The notes under the pieces were generated by a model. It saw only the letters and a program-made list of their open reading frames with translations. It did not search any database and was not told the DNA's origin. The position numbers and the translations under genes were made by a program. From Dehalococcoidia bacterium (GTDB lineage: Bacteria > Chloroflexota > Dehalococcoidia > Lucifugimonadales > UBA3495), in assembly GCA_965232845.1 (NCBI GenBank), contig OZ247428.1, positions 1,031,011 to 1,095,010 of the forward strand: a stretch of 64,000 nt of DNA, read 5' to 3'. Shown piece by piece: positions 59,213 through 64,000 of the stretch (within the stretch, counting starts at the first letter, position 1; every line of letters starts with the position of its first letter).

Positions 59213-61032
59213 TGCCGCCCATGCCCAAGTTACAAGTTTCAGTCGGAAACTGGAGGTCATTGCTTTCGGATGCTCTATTGATTTTGACCATTGTGATTCA
59301 TGTCTTGACTCTTTCGACACCGCTGGTCAGGGCTTCCCAGACGTACCTTCCCCTTGGTCGCGAAAATTCTGCGCTACAGGGTCAAACCAAGGACGTAGCG
59401 GTAACTTCAATAGTTCAAATAGGCCCTCCCTTTGCCAATGAGGGAGACACTGTCACTATCCAGGTAGGCATTGTAAACAACGGCTCCAGTGAGGAGACGT
59501 TCAGCGTCAGTCTTCATGACGACACCGAGAATAAGGCGATTGCCTCAAAAGAAATAACACTGGATGCAAATAGCTCAACTACCGCTAGTCTCGACTGGGA
59601 TACCAATGGAGCTTCCGGCGGTCCGCCTCCGCCGGGCCCGCCAACGCCGGGAACCATTCACTCCCTGACCGCAACCGCAGTGTTGGAAGGCGATTCAAAC
59701 AGCAGCAACAATTCCCTGAGTCTGCTACCGGGGATATGGATTATTGCTGCTCCCGAGGCGTCTGAAATTACTTTTCCGGAGCCTCTAGAAATACCACAAG
59801 CCAAGTATGGAGAGGAACTGCCTTTGGATGTACCTCTGGTCCAGACTGAGTCTGTTGCCCTTAGCAGCACCTTCGTGGGGCCGGTACAGGGGATGAATTC
59901 GCTTGAAGCCTCAAATGCTTCAATACAAACCGAAGGAAAGATGCTGAGCAGTGTATTCAAAGGTCCAGTCGATGCTGACAACGATTCAGAATTGGAGGAT
60001 CCGAACATAGGAACTGAGGGAGGTAAGCTTAGTGAGATCTTCAACGCAGGCATTCAATCAAAGGTAACTGAAAATCTTGCCAATCCTAATATTGAAACCG
60101 TCTCCGAACTGCTCACTCGCATCCTGTCAGACAACACTGATGCCCGCGTCGATGAATTCTTACTTAAGCCAGGGATAGATACTGAAATTGCACCATTGAC
60201 CAGCATTCAAGTAGACGATGCTGACAGCGACTCGTTAAGTAGTCTTTCAGACCCAGATTTACAAACGGAAGCAGAACTGTTGACGGAGATTTTCTATAGC
60301 GAAATTGAAGGCAATCGCAATCAAATGCTTTCTGTGCCTGCGATTTTGACCGACGCCCTTCCATTGGCCGAAATCATGTCCGACATTACTCAAGACCGTG
60401 TGCTTAAGGTCTTCTCTGCACCGGCTATTGAAACGGAAGCCATGGGATTGACGGAGATGTTTGTCAGCCCGTTGTCTGCCATGTCCACTCTTGGCAGCAA
60501 TAGACCTGACATCAACACATCGGCCATTCCCCTGTCCGTCATTTTCCCAGGATCGGTTCAGGCCAGACTGGCGCATTCAATCCGTGAAACAGAGGTGGCA
60601 ACTAAACCTGACCCCTTAAGTCGGCTGCACGTTTTTGGCGGGGCCGTCACTTACCAGCCTGGCCAAGCGATGGCTCGTCCACTAGTGAAAACTACGATAA
60701 ATGGCACGATAAGAGGAAGGATAAGGCTGCAGAACTTGTCGGGCGGCCTGGGTGCCTACGTTACTATTGGGGACGAAGTAACGTTCGCGGACCGGGAGGG
60801 CAGGTTCGAAGCGTCGGCCCCCACCGAGACTTTTGACCTTTACATCGGGGCGCCAGGACACATTCCAGTCGTAATAACCGGCATTACTCTGGACTCGAGA
60901 GCGTCGCTGGAGATTCCTGAAGTGACCCTGCTCTTCGGGGACGCAAACGGCGACGGTGTAGTGAACATTTACGACCTGGCTGTGGCCGCATTCAACTACG
61001 GTGAGACTATCCGAACAGTGCCGGCCCCGTAA
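59212..61032 (+). CDS. secreted protein: CARDB-like Ig domain, ten 28-aa repeats, beta-sandwich, dockerin-like C-terminus
   Basis: ATG overlaps the upstream TAA (TAATG); DVAVTSI...VNNG...WDT...DSNSSNN; repeats; LLFGDANGDGVVNIYDLAVAAFNYG. Confidence 0.8.
   Translation: MPPMPKLQVSVGNWRSLLSDALLILTIVIHVLTLSTPLVRASQTYLPLGRENSALQGQTKDVAVTSIVQIGPPFANEGDTVTIQVGIVNNGSSEETFSVSLHDDTENKAIASKEITLDANSSTTASLDWDTNGASGGPPPPGPPTPGTIHSLTATAVLEGDSNSSNNSLSLLPGIWIIAAPEASEITFPEPLEIPQAKYGEELPLDVPLVQTESVALSSTFVGPVQGMNSLEASNASIQTEGKMLSSVFKGPVDADNDSELEDPNIGTEGGKLSEIFNAGIQSKVTENLANPNIETVSELLTRILSDNTDARVDEFLLKPGIDTEIAPLTSIQVDDADSDSLSSLSDPDLQTEAELLTEIFYSEIEGNRNQMLSVPAILTDALPLAEIMSDITQDRVLKVFSAPAIETEAMGLTEMFVSPLSAMSTLGSNRPDINTSAIPLSVIFPGSVQARLAHSIRETEVATKPDPLSRLHVFGGAVTYQPGQAMARPLVKTTINGTIRGRIRLQNLSGGLGAYVTIGDEVTFADREGRFEASAPTETFDLYIGAPGHIPVVITGITLDSRASLEIPEVTLLFGDANGDGVVNIYDLAVAAFNYGETIRTVPAP
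59833..60672 (+). repeat. ten tandem 28-aa (84-bp) protein repeats
   Basis: consensus P-x-I-x-T-E-x-x-x-L-(S/T)-x-I-F recurring every 28 residues. Confidence 0.85.
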
Positions 61033-61048
61033 GAAATACGTTGTGGGG

Positions 61049-63958
61049 TCAGGCGACAGCGTCCCTCAAGATTTCTACCAGGTGCCTCGCCGGGCGCCCG
61101 GTTCCATGCTCCACCTGCTGGCGACAAGAGACACCCATAACGGCCACTTCCCATTCAGGACCCTTATCTCGGATCGCAGGGAACAGTACCTGTTCTCCAA
61201 TAGTCATGGAAATATCGTAGTGTTCCTTTTCAAAGCCGAAAGAACCGGCCATTCCGCAGCAACCGGAATTAATCAACTCCACCTGGTAGCCCGGCGGCAA
61301 ACGCAAAGCTGCCATGGATGGACCCGTTCCCACTAAAGATTTCTGGTGGCAATGACCGTGGAACAAGACCTTTTTCTCGAGAGGGGTGAACGCCAGGTCC
61401 AATTCACCTTTTTCCTGGAGCATAGCAAGGAACTCATCGATCATATAGCTGTGGGCGGCGACTTTGGCGGCGCGTTCGTCCTTGCAGAACTCCGGGTACT
61501 CGTCACGGAAGGTTAGTAGGCAACTTGGTTCGCAGCCAATTATTGGGACTCCCTGGTCAGCAAAGGCATAGAGGCGGTCCACGTTGTATCTGGCGTGGGC
61601 CGCTGCCTCATCCAGCAATCCCTTGGAAATCATGGGACGACCGCAGCACTCCGAGTCGGCCAACTGGACTCGATAACCGGCGGCCTCCAGCAGTTCCACG
61701 GCCGCTATGCCGATTTCCGGATAGTTGTAGTTCATGAAGGTATCGTTAAAGAGAGCAACGGTACCCTTGGTCGTCCCCTTTAAATTGGTGCCGGCCCTCG
61801 AATTGAACCACTGCGCCAGGGTTGGGCTGGCAAACTTGGGTAGTTGCCTATTGGGGTGGACGCCCAGAAATGCGCTGGAAAAGAATCGACCAATCGGACT
61901 GCCTGCCCCAAAGTTAGCCAGCGCGGCGTAACGGCTGCCCAAGCGGCTGAAACGCGCAATGTGAGCGAAAAACTTGTTGCGGAAGGGGCGTTTGTTGGTC
62001 TTATAGTAGTTGTCCAGGAATTCGTACTTGAGCTTGGCCATGTCCACGCCCGACTCGCACTCGGACTTGCAGGCCTTGCACTCAAGGCAGAGGTCCATGG
62101 CATCATAAAGGCGCTTGTCGGTTATGGTGCCCTCGGGAAACTTGCCAGATAGGGCTGCCCGCAGCAGGTTTGCCCGCCCCCTGGTGGAGTGTTCCTCTTC
62201 CCTTGTGGCCATGAAGGACGGACACATGGTGCCGGTAAGCTTGCGGCAGGCACCCATACCGTTACACATCTCCACCGCGCCGGCGTAATTAGTATCCTGA
62301 GAAAAATCAAGACTGGTGCTCAAGGAAATGGCCTGGTATTCCGAGCCGTAGCGCAGGTTTTCCCGCATGGGTGGGCAATCGATTATCTTCCCCGGGTTCA
62401 TTATTCCATGGGGGTCGAAGGTATTCTTCAAATCACGGAAAGCCTGGTAGATCTCCGGGCCGAACATCTTTTCGGTCCACACACCGCGGACGATGCCGTC
62501 CCCGTGTTCCCCGCTCATGGAGCCACCGAACTCCTTGACCAAGTCGCTGATTTCCTCGCCGATGGAGAGCATTTTTTCGATCCCCTCGGCGCTTTTCAGG
62601 CTGACCAGCGGCCTGATGTGGAGGCAGCCAACGCTGGCATGCCCGTAGTAGCCGGCAGTAGTATCGTGATTGCGGACCACCTCGTCAAAGCGACGAACAA
62701 ACTCACCCAGGTTTTCCGGATCAACCGCCGGGTCTTCAACGAAGGGAATGGGCTTGGCGTCGCCGTGGGTGCTCATCAACAGGCCCAATCCGCCCTTTCG
62801 TATATTCCAAACCATGTCCTGGTCCGCGCGGGCAAGCAGGTTAACGCAGGCATACCCCAACCGACGGCGGGCCATATCATCTTTCAGTTTCTCCATCTTG
62901 GACGTAAGCTCAGCTTCCGACTCACCGTAAAATTCCACCAGGAGCACCGCGCCAGGATCGCCTTCCACAAAAGCCATGTTACGGGACTGCCCCATGGATT
63001 CTCGCGAGCGGTCCAGGACCATCTTGTCCAGCACTTCCACCGAAGAAGGGCCGTGATTCAGGACTTCCTTAGTTGCTTCGCTGGCCTCAAAGATGTCCCG
63101 GAAATGCAGGACGGAAAGCGACGTCATCGTCGGACGGGGAACCAGGTTTATCTTGGCCTCGTTTACCACGCACAGGGTTCCTTCGGATCCAACCACCATC
63201 TTGGTCAGGTTGACCGGTTCCTCTCCCAGGAAGGAATCCAGGTTATAACCACTCACCCGGCGCATTATCTTCGGATATCTGGCCTCGATTTCCGCCAGGT
63301 TCTCACGGGATATTTGCAGCACGCCACGGTAAATGTCCGATTCAAGGCCATCCCCGTTTAGCTTGGTGTCCAGTTCGTGGGGCTCCAGCGTACGGAAGTG
63401 GGCCTGGCTGGCATCGGATAGCACCACGTCCACTTCCTTGATATGGTCCAGTGTCTTTCCATAAATAACTGAATGGGCGCCGCAGGTATTGTTGCCAATG
63501 CCGCCGCCTACGCAGGCGCGGTTGGAAGTGGTCGGATCGGGAGCATACTGGAGGCCATGGGGGGCCAGGTAACGGTTTAACTGGTCTAGGACAATGCCGG
63601 GCTGTACCCGAACCCAGTTCTCCTCCCGGTTCAGTTCTATCACCTGGTTAAGGTACTTGCTGAAGTCCATCACTATGGCGTGATTAACCGATTGGCCGGC
63701 CAGGCCTGTACCGCCGGCCCTCGGGAGCACGGGTATTTCGTTCTGGCTGGCCAAGTCCACCACTGCCAGCACATCTTCAGCGCTGCGAGGAATGACTACG
63801 CCCACCGGTTCCATCTGGTAAATGCTGGCGTCAGTGCTGTACAACACACGGGAAAAGGGATCAAAGCGCACTTCACCGGCAACTCGCCGTCGAAGCTCTT
63901 CTGCAAGTTCGGTTCGCTCCGTGCCTTGAATCCTGCGACCCGCCGCGGTGGTGGCCAT
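61049..63958 (-). CDS. FAD-linked oxidase fused to Fe-S/CCG domains (GlcD/GlcF-like, YdiJ-like)
   Basis: YSTDASIY, GGTGLAGQ, GSEGTL, SGEHGDG, CNGMGAC, CLECKACKSEC, CCGRP, GCCGMAG. Confidence 0.92.
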   Translation of the reverse strand: MATTAAGRRIQGTERTELAEELRRRVAGEVRFDPFSRVLYSTDASIYQMEPVGVVIPRSAEDVLAVVDLASQNEIPVLPRAGGTGLAGQSVNHAIVMDFSKYLNQVIELNREENWVRVQPGIVLDQLNRYLAPHGLQYAPDPTTSNRACVGGGIGNNTCGAHSVIYGKTLDHIKEVDVVLSDASQAHFRTLEPHELDTKLNGDGLESDIYRGVLQISRENLAEIEARYPKIMRRVSGYNLDSFLGEEPVNLTKMVVGSEGTLCVVNEAKINLVPRPTMTSLSVLHFRDIFEASEATKEVLNHGPSSVEVLDKMVLDRSRESMGQSRNMAFVEGDPGAVLLVEFYGESEAELTSKMEKLKDDMARRRLGYACVNLLARADQDMVWNIRKGGLGLLMSTHGDAKPIPFVEDPAVDPENLGEFVRRFDEVVRNHDTTAGYYGHASVGCLHIRPLVSLKSAEGIEKMLSIGEEISDLVKEFGGSMSGEHGDGIVRGVWTEKMFGPEIYQAFRDLKNTFDPHGIMNPGKIIDCPPMRENLRYGSEYQAISLSTSLDFSQDTNYAGAVEMCNGMGACRKLTGTMCPSFMATREEEHSTRGRANLLRAALSGKFPEGTITDKRLYDAMDLCLECKACKSECESGVDMAKLKYEFLDNYYKTNKRPFRNKFFAHIARFSRLGSRYAALANFGAGSPIGRFFSSAFLGVHPNRQLPKFASPTLAQWFNSRAGTNLKGTTKGTVALFNDTFMNYNYPEIGIAAVELLEAAGYRVQLADSECCGRPMISKGLLDEAAAHARYNVDRLYAFADQGVPIIGCEPSCLLTFRDEYPEFCKDERAAKVAAHSYMIDEFLAMLQEKGELDLAFTPLEKKVLFHGHCHQKSLVGTGPSMAALRLPPGYQVELINSGCCGMAGSFGFEKEHYDISMTIGEQVLFPAIRDKGPEWEVAVMGVSCRQQVEHGTGRPARHLVEILRDAVA

Positions 63959-64000
63959 GGCTATCCTCCCCAAACGCTAATTGCGGACAAAGCTGCGTAT

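Noticed and set aside
9-63361. Long antisense ORFs (e.g. 9-911, 1622-2326, 22029-22979, 30000-30926, 52463-53287, 62189-63361)
   Set aside because: They are shadows of well-supported genes on the opposite strand in GC-rich DNA and have no motifs.
1-64000. CRISPR array or rRNA
   Set aside because: No regularly spaced identical repeats, cas genes or rRNA-like sequence were seen.

Overview
A GC-rich bacterial chromosomal segment. The gene content (F420-dependent LLM oxidoreductase, several amidases, SDRs, cyclase, NHL/PAL-like protein, RraA-like protein, Pro/Thr-linker lipoproteins) suggests Chloroflexota, probably Dehalococcoidia/SAR202-like; this taxonomy is inferred. From left to right: (1) a urea ABC transporter (urtA-urtB-[urtC]) preceded by six phased 11-bp GlnR-like boxes; (2) SDRs, an HD-domain enzyme, a BNR propeller, a pentapeptide-repeat/degenerate-TIR protein, an ISAs1 remnant and an S9 peptidase; (3) a ~12 kb decaying island ending at tRNA-Ala(GGC), with a broken serine hydrolase, an IS5 remnant, an amber-interrupted qNOR, mgtE, a YihY protein with 22-aa helical repeats, an ATP-grasp protein, a methyltransferase, a frameshifted panD and a broken response regulator; (4) two amidases each preceded by a small AtzG/GatC-like gene; (5) housekeeping genes (rpmB, rpe, argH, phhB, uvrC, xer with a dif-like site upstream, cyclophilin, oadG/oadB, garR, trxB); (6) an orphan N4/N6-type methyltransferase, a secreted protein pair whose larger member has ten exact 28-aa tandem repeats and a dockerin-like tail, and an FAD/Fe-S oxidoreductase. 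No CRISPR array, rRNA or intact prophage was seen. All family calls come from motif recognition by eye, without database searches.
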